In this document: in pieces, positions 1 through 9,378 of the stretch
Numbering within the stretch: the stretch's first letter is position 1
Layout: the number at the start of each line of letters is the position of its first letter
Assembly: GCF_054482525.1 (NCBI RefSeq)
Contig: NZ_CM137006.1
Length of the DNA: 64,000 bases
Strand: one strand, 5' to 3'
Made by a program: the position numbers and the translations under genes
The notes under the pieces: generated by a model
What the model saw: only the letters and a program-made list of their open reading frames with translations
What the model was told of the DNA's origin: nothing
Databases searched by the model: none

Positions 1-134
1 CCAAAGTGCTGCGGCCAGAAGCTGATGCGCTGTTCATCAGGGACTATGGTGGCAACCAGCTGAGGCTGGTCATTCCCTGATGCAGCGGTTACGGAAACAG
101 AAGGAGTGGTGGAATTATGCAAGACGGTTGTCAT
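1..134 (-). CDS. Antirestriction protein (ArdB/KlcA family, YfjX/YafX-like), N-terminal 44 codons; gene continues beyond window start
   Basis: Reverse-strand translation from ATG at 134-132 gives MTTVLHNSTTPSVSVTAASGNDQPQLVATIVPDEQRISFWPQHFG, which I recognise as the N-terminus of cryptic-prophage antirestriction proteins (YfjX/YafX). Runs off the edge. Confidence 0.6.
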   Translation of the reverse strand, partial: MTTVLHNSTTPSVSVTAASGNDQPQLVATIVPDEQRISFWPQHF

Positions 135-225
135 GAGATTATTCCTTATAAAAAGTAAATGAATGGAAGAAATCCCGGGGGAAGGGACAGACGTGAGTCA
201 GAACTGCGCTTTCAGGGAAACGGCA

Positions 226-1044
226 TCAGCGCATACTCTCCAGCAGCGTTTCAGCCATCACCCACAATGCGCGGTTGAGCTTAATGTCGGTGTCGATGCT
301 GTGAATGGCACGGGTATGGATACGTTTTCCTCTGGCACTGCGACCGGAAATCCCGCCTTTCAGCATATTCTCCTGAATGGTCTGATAAGCACTCCACAGG
401 TCCTTACCGTAATCCTCCCGGCGTCGTGGCGTCAGAATGTCGGCGGTGGTGACGGGCCGATGTTCGTCACCATAACGGTAAGTCAGTGCCGCCTGTGCCA
501 GCGCCTGGCGTGCCGGTGGCGGCAGAATCAGCGACTGCATGGCATCACGCTTTTCCTCAATCCGGTCAAAAACCCCCACCACCTCGTAAGCCCCTTCAAT
601 AACTTTCTCCACCACATTTCCCCGGTGCGGAACACGCACTTCCCCCAGAGACTGACCACAGACGCATCCGTTCTGACAGACGAACCTGAAGTAACCCGGC
701 AGCATCTGGTAGCTGGAGGTACCGTCATGGGAGTTGAGCAGAATGATTTCAGGGACATGTTCTCCGTTTATCTCTCCGGCCCGCCGCAGACGCAGCATAT
801 GTTTTGTGTATCCCCGGCGGCCCGGGTCGCGCACACGGGTCTGGCAGGCGAAGAATGGCTGAAAGCCTTCCCGCTGCAGGCTTTCCAGTACGGTGATGGT
901 GGGAATGTACGCATATCGTTTACTGCGGGAAGTATGCCGGTCTTCACCGAAAATACTGGGAACATAGTGCATCAGTTCTTCGTGTGTCAGCGGACGGTCA
1001 CGGCGTATCTGGTTCGTATAACCAAAACGACTGGCTAGTCGCAT
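226..1044 (-). CDS. DUF932 family protein (YfjQ/YafZ-like) of CP4-type cryptic prophage islands
   Basis: 272-aa ORF MRLASRFGYTNQIRRDRPLTHEELMHYVPS...GYFRFVCQNGCVCG, characteristic of DUF932 prophage proteins. The overlapping +strand ORF 163..1038 is judged a shadow ORF. Confidence 0.75.
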   Translation of the reverse strand: MRLASRFGYTNQIRRDRPLTHEELMHYVPSIFGEDRHTSRSKRYAYIPTITVLESLQREGFQPFFACQTRVRDPGRRGYTKHMLRLRRAGEINGEHVPEIILLNSHDGTSSYQMLPGYFRFVCQNGCVCGQSLGEVRVPHRGNVVEKVIEGAYEVVGVFDRIEEKRDAMQSLILPPPARQALAQAALTYRYGDEHRPVTTADILTPRRREDYGKDLWSAYQTIQENMLKGGISGRSARGKRIHTRAIHSIDTDIKLNRALWVMAETLLESMR

Positions 1045-1143
1045 AATTTGCTCCTTATCGGTGGTTAAGATTTACTGGTGTAATAAATGAAAAAGCCACG
1101 TCTCCCGGAGAAGACGCGGCCTGATGGGTGAAATGAATGACGT

Positions 1144-1377
1144 TTATTGTCTGAGAAGACCGTCACTGGCGAGCCGCGTATTAAGCACCTTTCCGGCATC
1201 GGGTTCAGAATTCCGGCAGCGCCAGCGTCGCTGACCTTCCGTGTTGCGGATAATCCGACGGAAATGCATTCCCGGGTCATCCTGGATAAACACATTGCGG
1301 TAAGCTGTTATGACAGCAACCGCCTGCCCGTATGAGAAAGATCCTTCAGCCAGGACATACTCTGTGTAACCCGGCAT
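1144..1377 (-). CDS. Small hypothetical protein, possibly DUF905 (YkfF-like) by position and size
   Basis: 77-aa hydrophilic ORF ([30 protein letters not shown]...). It sits between the DUF932 and antirestriction genes, as the DUF905 gene does in CP4-6. Family assignment is from memory only. Confidence 0.35.
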   Translation of the reverse strand: MPGYTEYVLAEGSFSYGQAVAVITAYRNVFIQDDPGMHFRRIIRNTEGQRRWRCRNSEPDAGKVLNTRLASDGLLRQ

Positions 1378-1455
1378 ATCTGTTTTCTCCTGATAAATAA
1401 AAAGCCTCTGCCACGCGTTGTGACAGAGGCTGAAGCATGAAACTGACTTCAGGGA

Positions 1456-1677
1456 TCAGTTAACGTTTTTTCCGGAAACGGTAATTAGCAGTGGATGGTA
1501 GTCCTGGGGATCGAAAACCGATAACGGCAGACTGACACGATGGCCGTTACTTTCTTCAGTTGCTTTAATGATTTCGGTTGTGGCGACATTTTCCACGCAC
1601 TCCGTTTCCAGAAATGCGTCTGTGGTTCGCGTGGCATTACTGTCACCAAAAGCTTCCGTTTCCATTTTTCTGGTCAC
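1456..1677 (-). CDS. Small acidic hypothetical protein (73 aa), translationally coupled (ATGA) to the upstream small secreted protein
   Basis: ORF MTRKMETEAFGDSNATRTTDAF...; its ATG at 1677-1675 overlaps the TGA at 1676-1674 of the preceding ORF. Confidence 0.3.
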   Translation of the reverse strand: MTRKMETEAFGDSNATRTTDAFLETECVENVATTEIIKATEESNGHRVSLPLSVFDPQDYHPLLITVSGKNVN

Positions 1678-1910
1678 CAGCGTCTGACCATATTTGTCTT
1701 TGAGTTGCAGAGTGATGGTGAGGGGCCAAATCCTTCACCGTTTCCGCCATTATCCAGCCGGAACTGGTAAGCACAAATATTTCCCGGGAGCCATATCGTA
1801 TCTGTATTGCGTATACCGATGTAACGTTGATCCTGTGCCCGGAGTGGGGCAGACCACGTTAACCCCAGAATAACGCCAGTAATAATGCAGGTTTTGAACA
1901 GGTGAATCAT
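1674..1910 (-). CDS. Small secreted hypothetical protein (78 aa) with N-terminal signal peptide
   Basis: MIHLFKTCIITGVILGLTWSAPLRAQ is a signal-peptide-like N-terminus. The 4-bp overlap with the next ORF suggests a two-gene unit. Confidence 0.35.
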   Translation of the reverse strand: MIHLFKTCIITGVILGLTWSAPLRAQDQRYIGIRNTDTIWLPGNICAYQFRLDNGGNGEGFGPSPSLCNSKTNMVRRW

Positions 1911-1985
1911 GGTATTTACCTCTCTGAGTCATGACGATGACACTGGCAAATCAGGTGATAAAACCTAAAAGGAGCAGAACACACG

Positions 1986-4508
1986 TTATGCCGGGAGCTC
2001 CGGGGGGAATGCTTCTTCCAGTCGGTTAACCATATTGCCGAGATGGGATGCATCATATTCCATGACGGGGCGTTGCCTGATGATACTGACCACCAGTGGT
2101 TTGATTAACATATTGGTCGCGGCCCGTTGTTGTATACCGGCGGCGAAAATGATCTCCAGAGCATTCTGATCGATAACACGGGCCAGATTCTCGTTCAGAT
2201 TTTCAATCTCATGTCCGGTCAGCAGGAAACTGCCGGCAAGCCATGTCACCTGCTCCTGAATCATTGCCAGAATTTTGACGCGATCTTCTTCAACCAGCGC
2301 TCCGGCAATTTTTCCTGATACAGCGGAGGCAATCATTCCCCCCAGAACACCGCCAACCACACGTCCTGTCAGTGCACCAAATGGTCCCAGTGGACTGAAC
2401 AATATCCCGCCCGCCACTGACCCGACAGCACCACCTGCCACACCGGAAGATGCCACGGCAAGATTCCTGATGAACTGCGCACCGGAGATCCGTCCCCGCA
2501 ACATTTTGATCATGTCAGGGCCGGTTGTGACAGCTACCAGTGCCAGAGATGTTACCAGCGTACCCTTCATTACTTTGTTCAGGGCACTGATATTTCCTGC
2601 ACCGGTCCCCTTCTGAAGAGCCAGTCGGACAGTCGGGCTGGCAGTCGAAAAATCAATGTGCTTCAGCATACCCTGAACAACACTGAGCCGGTGGAGTTGC
2701 TGGGTTGTGACGTAGACAGCCAGTGTGCGGGTGAAGGTTTTTCCTGCCTGGACAGCAGCTGTCTGCAGGGCAGCATCGCGATCGCCGGTGCTGAGCCAGA
2801 AGACCGATGCCGTCAGGGCAAAACTGATCCCTCCGGCCGCCAGACTGACAACCGAACCCTCGGCAATATCATAAGTGACCGATTCGATGGTCCCGAACCG
2901 GGTGATATTACGGGCCTGAGTATAAGTCAGATGTCCCCGACGAATCAGCCGGGACGCTTCTGCGGGATCGGTTACACCGGGTACTTTACCTTCGCGGATC
3001 TTATTCCTCATGGTTTCAACAGCGCCGGCATACTGATCACGGGGGACTTCCAGTTGCATGGGGCCATTATTTCCCATGTAACGATACTGTCCGTTTTGTC
3101 CGTCGAATGCCGCACCGACGCTACGGGCTGCAGTTGAACAATATTTCGTCTGGATTTCTGTTCCGCTGACCAGTCTGTCTGCTCCATTTCTGGCATTATT
3201 ATCACCGAGGATCCGTGCGTTTTTCAGACGGACTCTGTCGACAATATGGTTTCCCCGTTCAGCGGCAAACCCATGTCCCTGCCCTCCGGAAGCAAACATT
3301 TTCTCATTTGTACTCCAGGTTTCCGGCAGTTTCATGAGAATCAGACCATTCGCCGTTGCATCGGAAATAAAGCTGTTGTAAGGGCGTTCATAAATTTCCT
3401 GACACAGTGTTTCTGTTTCGCGACAAAGAGAGGTGCAGTACCATTCCGGATCCAGCTTATGATTTTCCGGGGCATGATGTACTTCTGTCAGCCCGCAGGA
3501 GGCACAGATACGAAGCTCATCCACGTGATGGAATGATACAAAACGGCGACCTTCTGAAAAGGGATACCAGTCACCGCCGTCCAGGCAACGATCGAGAAAA
3601 TCGTCATTCGCTTCCGGTGATAAATTCAGGCGGTTCCGGAAGAGCGTTTTCAGTTCATCAGGTGTGAATGACAGGTTCTCTTTCAACTGTTCGTTAAACC
3701 CTGCCATGTTTCTTTCATACCAGGCATTGTTCAGTAACCAGTTTCCGTCTGCCAGTTCAAATTCCCTCAGCTCTCCCCGGGAAATCCGTTGAGAAATGAG
3801 CGTCAGCCAGATGCGCTCCGTCAGTGAGTCAGGAAGGCTGTAATCGTTTTGCAAACTGGTCAGCCACGATTTACTGTTGAGCACCGGTTGTTCTTCCAGT
3901 GTCTGGCTGATGGCACAGGTCAGTTTTTTCAGCGCCTGGATCTGGCTGGCCGCCCATAGCAGCGTCACTAATGCAGCCAGCCAGTACAACAACCCGCCCC
4001 ACCACATCAGTGACGGTGAAATATCGTACTGTAACGCGATCAATGGTGCGCATGCAGAACACGCCATAAGGAAAAAGGCAGTATAAAAACAGCAGTAATA
4101 CCCGTTAATTTCCTTGCTGATATCTTCTGGTGTGATCCCGTTCTGCTGAATGTTTTTGATCTGCAGGGGAACAGCCAGCAGACCACCGGCGAGAGCGGTG
4201 GTCAGAATAAATTTCACAGAGTCAAAGGTGTGAGCCTCCAGCGCGATATGTTTACCATCAAGTCCCCACATGAAGCTGATGATCATTCCGGCAATCGTCA
4301 GAAATACGCCTGCCAGCCAGCGAATATGGAACAACCGGGTTATGCGTTCGGTGATATAGCCAGCCAGTAAGGCCGGGCCGAACAGACACAGCAATATGAG
4401 CCCTGCCAGCGCAGAAGCCGTGCTGATTAATGCTCTGAACAAAAGGCGAAGAATGGCAAATCCTGCGATCAGCAGGATCAGCGCGCCGACTATCTGTAAC
4501 ATAGTCAC
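1986..4508 (-). CDS. yeeR: Large inner-membrane protein (840 aa), YeeR family, located downstream of flu as in CP4-44
   Basis: N-terminal multi-TM region (MTMLQIVGALILLIAGFAILRLLF...) then a large soluble domain and a C-terminal Gly-rich hydrophobic segment. Position immediately downstream of Ag43 matches yeeR of CP4-44. K-12 yeeR is shorter (about 510 aa by memory). Confidence 0.5.
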   Translation of the reverse strand: MTMLQIVGALILLIAGFAILRLLFRALISTASALAGLILLCLFGPALLAGYITERITRLFHIRWLAGVFLTIAGMIISFMWGLDGKHIALEAHTFDSVKFILTTALAGGLLAVPLQIKNIQQNGITPEDISKEINGYYCCFYTAFFLMACSACAPLIALQYDISPSLMWWGGLLYWLAALVTLLWAASQIQALKKLTCAISQTLEEQPVLNSKSWLTSLQNDYSLPDSLTERIWLTLISQRISRGELREFELADGNWLLNNAWYERNMAGFNEQLKENLSFTPDELKTLFRNRLNLSPEANDDFLDRCLDGGDWYPFSEGRRFVSFHHVDELRICASCGLTEVHHAPENHKLDPEWYCTSLCRETETLCQEIYERPYNSFISDATANGLILMKLPETWSTNEKMFASGGQGHGFAAERGNHIVDRVRLKNARILGDNNARNGADRLVSGTEIQTKYCSTAARSVGAAFDGQNGQYRYMGNNGPMQLEVPRDQYAGAVETMRNKIREGKVPGVTDPAEASRLIRRGHLTYTQARNITRFGTIESVTYDIAEGSVVSLAAGGISFALTASVFWLSTGDRDAALQTAAVQAGKTFTRTLAVYVTTQQLHRLSVVQGMLKHIDFSTASPTVRLALQKGTGAGNISALNKVMKGTLVTSLALVAVTTGPDMIKMLRGRISGAQFIRNLAVASSGVAGGAVGSVAGGILFSPLGPFGALTGRVVGGVLGGMIASAVSGKIAGALVEEDRVKILAMIQEQVTWLAGSFLLTGHEIENLNENLARVIDQNALEIIFAAGIQQRAATNMLIKPLVVSIIRQRPVMEYDASHLGNMVNRLEEAFPPELPA

Positions 4509-4622
4509 TCCGTGATGAATATCATGTTATTGTTAATGCCAGCGAATGTGGCGTTGAAGATCCGTTGCGCCGGTCCGGGTCCCGGTCATGATGACCGGGA
4601 CCACAGAGAGGCGATGGTTCTG

Positions 4623-7469
4623 TCAGAAGGTCACATTCAGTGTGGCCTGACCGTTATACCCTTCAGCGCTGCTGCCGCTGACGCTGTGGGCATAACCGGC
4701 CTGAACGCCCAGGGTGATATTTTCCCGGACACGGGCTTCCAGTCCGGCCTGCAGGTCCAGTGACGTGCCATTCCGGGACGGTGAGAACGTCATGTTACTG
4801 CCGGCTGCGGCTGTACCCATGCTCATGTCTCCCCGGGAGCTGAAGGTGCGGATAACAGAAGGCTGTACCCACCAGTTCACAGGCAGTTCACTCACACCGT
4901 GTTTTGTACTGTCGCGCAGGGTGTCACGGGATGAGGTGCCTTCACCAAAGGTCATATCGTTGTGGCTGCCCAGACGGAAACCGGCACGCACATGTTGTGC
5001 ACTGCCATGCCCGAACTTCACATAACCGGCGTTATCCTGGCCGTCATCCAGGGAAAGTCCCTGCCAGGTATAGTGCAGTTGTGGCTCCAGCATCAGGTTG
5101 TCAGTGATACTGAAGGGCAGACCGGTTTCCAGTGAGCCCAGCCAGCCCCAGCCCCGGGCGCGGAAGTCGTTATTGTCCGATGACGCTTTCATGCTGTGGC
5201 GGGTTCCCTGTGCCACAATGTCAGCCCACAGGCCGGAGGACGTGTGTGTCAGATTCAGGTATCCGCCCAGGCTGCCGGCATCATCCCGGACCGTGCCGGC
5301 GCGGGAACCGTCATCATCCTTAACATCAACGGAAGAATGGCCTGCGGCACCATACACCCCTGTCGTCAGAGACATACCGGCAACCTCTGTTCTCAGCAGG
5401 TCACCCTCCAGACGGACGAAGCCATAGCTGCCGCTGCTTTCCGGCGTGGCTCCACGGGCAATACCGCCGTTGTTATCGTGACCGAGATGACCGCCCTGAA
5501 TGCTGAGACGGACGCTGTTATTTTCACCGTTTACACCGGTCTGATGGCTGCGGGAGCCTGCCAGAATCCGATCATGGTCCATTGCCTGTGTCAGCATGGA
5601 TGTATACAGGGGGACTTCAGCACGATAAGCATTTTCACTGCGCAGGTACCAGTCTTCATCGCTGTCACGGTTCAGGGTGTAGTTAAAGGCGCCGGCCTGA
5701 AGCGGGCGACTCAGGGCAAACGCACCTTCTTCTGTGGTGGCGCCATTCTGTGCATCCACAACCCGGATACCCTGTCCGGAGGTTGCCACCCCGAGGTTAC
5801 TGTTTCCGACATTTGTAAACGCAAGCCAGGTTTTGCCGGTTGCCTGACCACCATTAATCACCAGCTGGTCAGAGGTATTGCTGCCATCAAGGCGAACACG
5901 CATATTGATGGTGCCACCCTGACCGGTGAGGTTACTGGTGGTCAGTTTATGGAACGTTACCGGGGAGTCGCCTTTTGCAACAGCACGGCTCAGCGCGGCA
6001 TCCGGTGTCGTCTGATTATCAAAGCGAATCTCCCCTGCGTTAACAATATCGCCGGTACTGACCACATCGCCATTCAGTACCATGCTGGCACCTTTACTGA
6101 GCTGTGTTCTGCCACTCAGACTTCCCCCGGCAGCCAGCGTCAGTGTTCCACGATGTCCGACAGTGGTGTTGCTGGCCAGTCCTCCGGCATTAACCGTAAA
6201 GCTGCCGCCATTTTCCAGCAGCAGTCCGCTGGCCTGACCGGATGTGCCATCAATACTGAACTTACCGCTGGCATTGGTCCCCTCAACAGTGGCACCACTG
6301 TCTGCAATCAGGGCACTACCGGATGTCATGGTGACATCTGTTGCCTTACCACCGGCAGACACTGCCAGGGTTCCGCCGTCATCCACCCGTGTTTTCCAGG
6401 CTGAATGGCCCTCCAGTACATCCAGGCGACCACCGGACTCCAGAACAACACCGTCAGCATTACCGTTTTCCACAGTGAAATTGCCCAGACGGTTGCTGCC
6501 GGTGACGGTTGCCGCCGTACTGGTGACCAGTGCGCCTCCCTGCTTCAGCGTGACATTCGTGGCTGTACCACCGGCGTTCACCTGCAGTTTGCCTTTCTGG
6601 TTAACGGTGGTGAAATCCGCCAGACCACCTTCCTTGACAATCTGCCAGCCGTCACTGTTCACAACAGTGTCAGAGGCTGTACCGCCGTTGTGCACATACT
6701 GGTTACCGCCGTTCAGTGTGGTATCCAGCGCGTAGCCATGTACAGTCTGGTCGCCGCCGGCATAAACCACAGTGGTATTTGCTGTTCCTTCAGCAGCCAC
6801 AATCTGACGACCATTTTCATTGATAGTGGTACGTACGGCATTTCCGCGAACAAACTGCCCGGTATCACCATTTTCTGCATCCGGTCCCCCTTCCGCGCCG
6901 GTATTCACAACCGTGTCGGTTGCCACTGCGCCGGATTTGATGGCCTGCCAGCCCTTCTCATTAATGACGGTACCCGTTGCAATCCCGCCTTCATGTACCC
7001 ACTGCTCACCGCCGTTCAGAGTGGTATTCACTGCCTGCCCCTGAAGGCTCTGTCCGCCTCCGGCACTGATAACCGTGTCTGAAACGCTTCCTCCGGCATT
7101 CACTCTCTGAAGACCACCACCGGTGACAGTAGTGTTGTTGGCGATACCGCCATTTTGTATCCATTGTCCGCCGGTATTGGCCTCGTTATCCGGCCCATAC
7201 TCCAGACCGGTACTGATGGTCATTCCGTTGGCCGTACCGAAGACAATCTGGTTGTCATGATTTGTCAGTGTTCCGCCGCTCACGGTTTCTCCCGCCTGTA
7301 CGACCGTGTCAGCAGCCAGTACCGGGACTGACGTGACAGCAGCAAGAGACAGCGCAACCGCCACACCGGTGCGTTTTCCCCGTGAGCGCGCCAGTTCGGA
7401 AGCCACCACCAGGGTGCCCGTAATGTGATTCCATACCAGCCTGTAGCTGGTGTTCAGATGTCGTTTCAT
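4623..7469 (-). CDS. flu: Antigen 43 self-associating autotransporter adhesin (949 aa from MKRHLNTSYRLVWNH...; ends ...ATLNVTF)
   Basis: Ag43 signal/N-terminus MKRHLNTSYRLVWNHITGTLVVASELARSRGKRTGVAVALSLAAV, repetitive beta-helix passenger (GGxA/TxNTTVxxGG repeats), C-terminal beta-barrel ending in F. The ORF-track start at 7544 is an in-frame extension; the Ag43-like start ATG is at 7469-7467. Confidence 0.9.
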   Translation of the reverse strand: MKRHLNTSYRLVWNHITGTLVVASELARSRGKRTGVAVALSLAAVTSVPVLAADTVVQAGETVSGGTLTNHDNQIVFGTANGMTISTGLEYGPDNEANTGGQWIQNGGIANNTTVTGGGLQRVNAGGSVSDTVISAGGGQSLQGQAVNTTLNGGEQWVHEGGIATGTVINEKGWQAIKSGAVATDTVVNTGAEGGPDAENGDTGQFVRGNAVRTTINENGRQIVAAEGTANTTVVYAGGDQTVHGYALDTTLNGGNQYVHNGGTASDTVVNSDGWQIVKEGGLADFTTVNQKGKLQVNAGGTATNVTLKQGGALVTSTAATVTGSNRLGNFTVENGNADGVVLESGGRLDVLEGHSAWKTRVDDGGTLAVSAGGKATDVTMTSGSALIADSGATVEGTNASGKFSIDGTSGQASGLLLENGGSFTVNAGGLASNTTVGHRGTLTLAAGGSLSGRTQLSKGASMVLNGDVVSTGDIVNAGEIRFDNQTTPDAALSRAVAKGDSPVTFHKLTTSNLTGQGGTINMRVRLDGSNTSDQLVINGGQATGKTWLAFTNVGNSNLGVATSGQGIRVVDAQNGATTEEGAFALSRPLQAGAFNYTLNRDSDEDWYLRSENAYRAEVPLYTSMLTQAMDHDRILAGSRSHQTGVNGENNSVRLSIQGGHLGHDNNGGIARGATPESSGSYGFVRLEGDLLRTEVAGMSLTTGVYGAAGHSSVDVKDDDGSRAGTVRDDAGSLGGYLNLTHTSSGLWADIVAQGTRHSMKASSDNNDFRARGWGWLGSLETGLPFSITDNLMLEPQLHYTWQGLSLDDGQDNAGYVKFGHGSAQHVRAGFRLGSHNDMTFGEGTSSRDTLRDSTKHGVSELPVNWWVQPSVIRTFSSRGDMSMGTAAAGSNMTFSPSRNGTSLDLQAGLEARVRENITLGVQAGYAHSVSGSSAEGYNGQATLNVTF

Positions 7470-7679
7470 CAGCTTTTCCTTACAGAGGGTGAATAAAAAA
7501 GCCGGTACCCACAAATGTGGATACCGGCAGGTACAAAACAGCATGGTCAGATAAAGTGGTTTTTCCCGGACATAAATGCTTCCCCTCTCTCATCCGCCAG
7601 AGAAGTATCAGTCCGTTGTGTGCAATTCCGTTCTGCATGATGAAGAGATTCAGCTGCCTTTTCGCAGACCATTAACCAC

Positions 7680-7730
7680 TATAAACGATCGATAGCAACG
7701 ATCGATACCTGTTTTATCGATCGTTTTATT
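7680..7730. promoter_or_regulatory. agn43 phase-variation switch: three GATC (Dam) sites overlapping the OxyR operator
   Basis: acGATCgatagcaacGATCgatacctgttttatcGATCg, with GATC at 7687-90, 7700-03 and 7719-22, about 220 bp upstream of the flu start. This matches the known agn43 regulatory architecture. Confidence 0.65.
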
Positions 7731-7840
7731 CTATTAACGACAAGGCGGTCACGCAAGAGAAACAGGAGGAGTATGAGGGGTTTGTGTCATGTTTTCAGTT
7801 GGTTAACGTAATGTTATCAGGCATTTCCCTGGCAGACTGT

Positions 7841-8713
7841 TCAGAAGAAAATCCAGTTCCATACAGCGCGGGCAACAGAGACCACCGTGTCACGGACGGC
7901 ACGCAGAACCGTACGGGCAACAGAGGCAACACAGACGCTCTCCGCCGTGTCAAATATCCGGTCCACCGCACCGGTAAACTGTTCACGGGCCTGAGCGCGG
8001 ACAGATTCCGTGCGCAGCTCGTCCTGCAGGCGGGTCATCAGGGGACTGGCGGCATGGTCGGGAAGTGCTGTCATTAGCGCACTGACCAGCGTATCCAGTT
8101 CCCAGCCGGTGCGGGCCGATACGGCAACAACCGGATGTACGGGCCGGAACAGACGGAATACCGCCTCCGTTTTCTCCCGAATGTTCTGTGCCTGTGCGGG
8201 AGAAGGCTGAATGCCGGCCATATCCCATTCATGGCAGGGCTCCGTTTTGTCGGCCTGCGTCACCACAAACAGCACCTGCTGATGTCCCCGGTGCAGGATG
8301 TGTCGCCAGAAATACTCATCCACAGACAGGGCGCGGTCATCGGCTTTAATCAGCCACAGCACCAGGTCCAGTTCGGGCAGAATGTCACGGTACAGGGCTT
8401 CATACTCTGCATCCCTGTCCCGGCTCTCGCCCACCCCGGGCAGGTCAGTGATAACCATGCTGTGACCATGGCCACTCAGACGGAAGCGCCGTACTTCCCG
8501 GGTGCCGGCGTGAACATCACTGACCGGGGTGACCTCCCCCTGAAACAGTGCATTACAGAGTGAGGATTTACCGGCCCCGCTTTTACCCATAATGCCAATC
8601 ACGGGTTCGTGACTGGTGAGTTTGCGCAGATGTTCCAGGATGTGACGGGAAAGCGAGTAAGGCAGGGAGGAGAGCGGTTTTTCAATTGCCTCAATGGCAT
8701 CAGACGGATTCAT
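7841..8713 (-). CDS. YeeP/YfjP/YkfA-family GTPase (50S ribosome-binding GTPase-like) of cryptic prophage
   Basis: MNPSDAIEAIEKPLSSLPYSLSRHILEHLRKLTSHEPVIGIMGKSGAGKSSLCNALF; Walker A GKSGAGKS and D(L)PG motifs. Start chosen at the internal M (8713) by similarity to YfjP; the ORF track extends to 8752. Confidence 0.8.
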   Translation of the reverse strand: MNPSDAIEAIEKPLSSLPYSLSRHILEHLRKLTSHEPVIGIMGKSGAGKSSLCNALFQGEVTPVSDVHAGTREVRRFRLSGHGHSMVITDLPGVGESRDRDAEYEALYRDILPELDLVLWLIKADDRALSVDEYFWRHILHRGHQQVLFVVTQADKTEPCHEWDMAGIQPSPAQAQNIREKTEAVFRLFRPVHPVVAVSARTGWELDTLVSALMTALPDHAASPLMTRLQDELRTESVRAQAREQFTGAVDRIFDTAESVCVASVARTVLRAVRDTVVSVARAVWNWIFF

Positions 8714-8870
8714 ACATGTATTCCCGGTGAAAAAAGACAAAACCCCGCGCACCGGAAAAGTGGCGGGGGACTCACGGAGATAATATCTGCCTAAAATTAT
8801 TTGGAATGCAGGTATATGCAGCTAATTTGTATCGGCTCATTAGTACAGAACTAAACCTCATCTGACAGTC

Positions 8871-8907
8871 CGCTCTGTGCCAGGAGCAGACATTGCCAAC
8901 GTTATGA
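8871..8907. repeat. 37-bp imperfect direct repeat, copy 1 (cgctctgtgccaggagcagacattgccaacgttatga)
   Basis: About 30/37 identical to copy 2 at 10234-10270. Together they bracket a roughly 1.3 kb segment. Confidence 0.6.
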
Positions 8908-9282
8908 CCCTCGATTACATCAAAGAGCCCTATAGCCGAAACCTGCACCATAGCCATCTCTGTAGAATTCGTCCTAGGGGCTTTTAACAGACCTAGTTGT
9001 ATGGAGCGGAAGGAAATATTAAAGCTCAAGGCGTCAGTCCAGTGCTGTCCTGTTTGCTTACCACACGAAAGAGTGCTGCTTGTACCTGCTAACTAATGGT
9101 ATGCGGAGTGAGGGGGGCGGGTAGAACCAAAAGCACTTACTACGTGTGGCGCTCTCCTGGAAGAGGAGACGTCGAAGTGATAACGCTAACAACAGTCTTA
9201 CTGGTGATGCAAATAATGCTAGCTGGTCTGGTTGCCATCAAGCAACTGACTGGACGCCCGTAAGGGATGGAGGAACTTGATT

Positions 9283-9318
9283 AAAGGCAGGGGGGTTACC
9301 TCCCCTGCCTTTTTTCGT
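9283..9318 (+). terminator. Rho-independent terminator (GGCAGGGGGG-TTACC-TCCCCTGCC + T6)
   Basis: Perfect GC-rich hairpin followed by TTTTTT on the + strand, directly after a short hydrophobic ORF that ends with TAA at 9269-9271. Confidence 0.65.
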
Positions 9319-9378
9319 TTCTGCGCAAGTTAGCTCTGTTATTATAATCCTTACTCACACTGTAAGGACATAGTTCAA

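Noticed and set aside
163-1038. 291-aa +strand ORF fully overlapping the DUF932 gene
   Set aside because: It lies antisense to a well-conserved DUF932 reading frame and its translation has no recognisable features. Classic shadow ORF.
1456-1910. Possibility that the 78-aa and 73-aa ORFs are one frameshifted gene
   Set aside because: The junction is a clean ATGA stop/start overlap (1674-1677), which favours two translationally coupled small genes over a frameshift. Cannot be fully excluded without homologues.
4714-7082. Several long +strand ORFs (for example 5196-6404, 6405-7082) inside flu
   Set aside because: They lie antisense to the Ag43 passenger domain. GC-rich repetitive coding DNA generates long spurious ORFs. 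Their products are low-complexity (P/S/T/C-rich).
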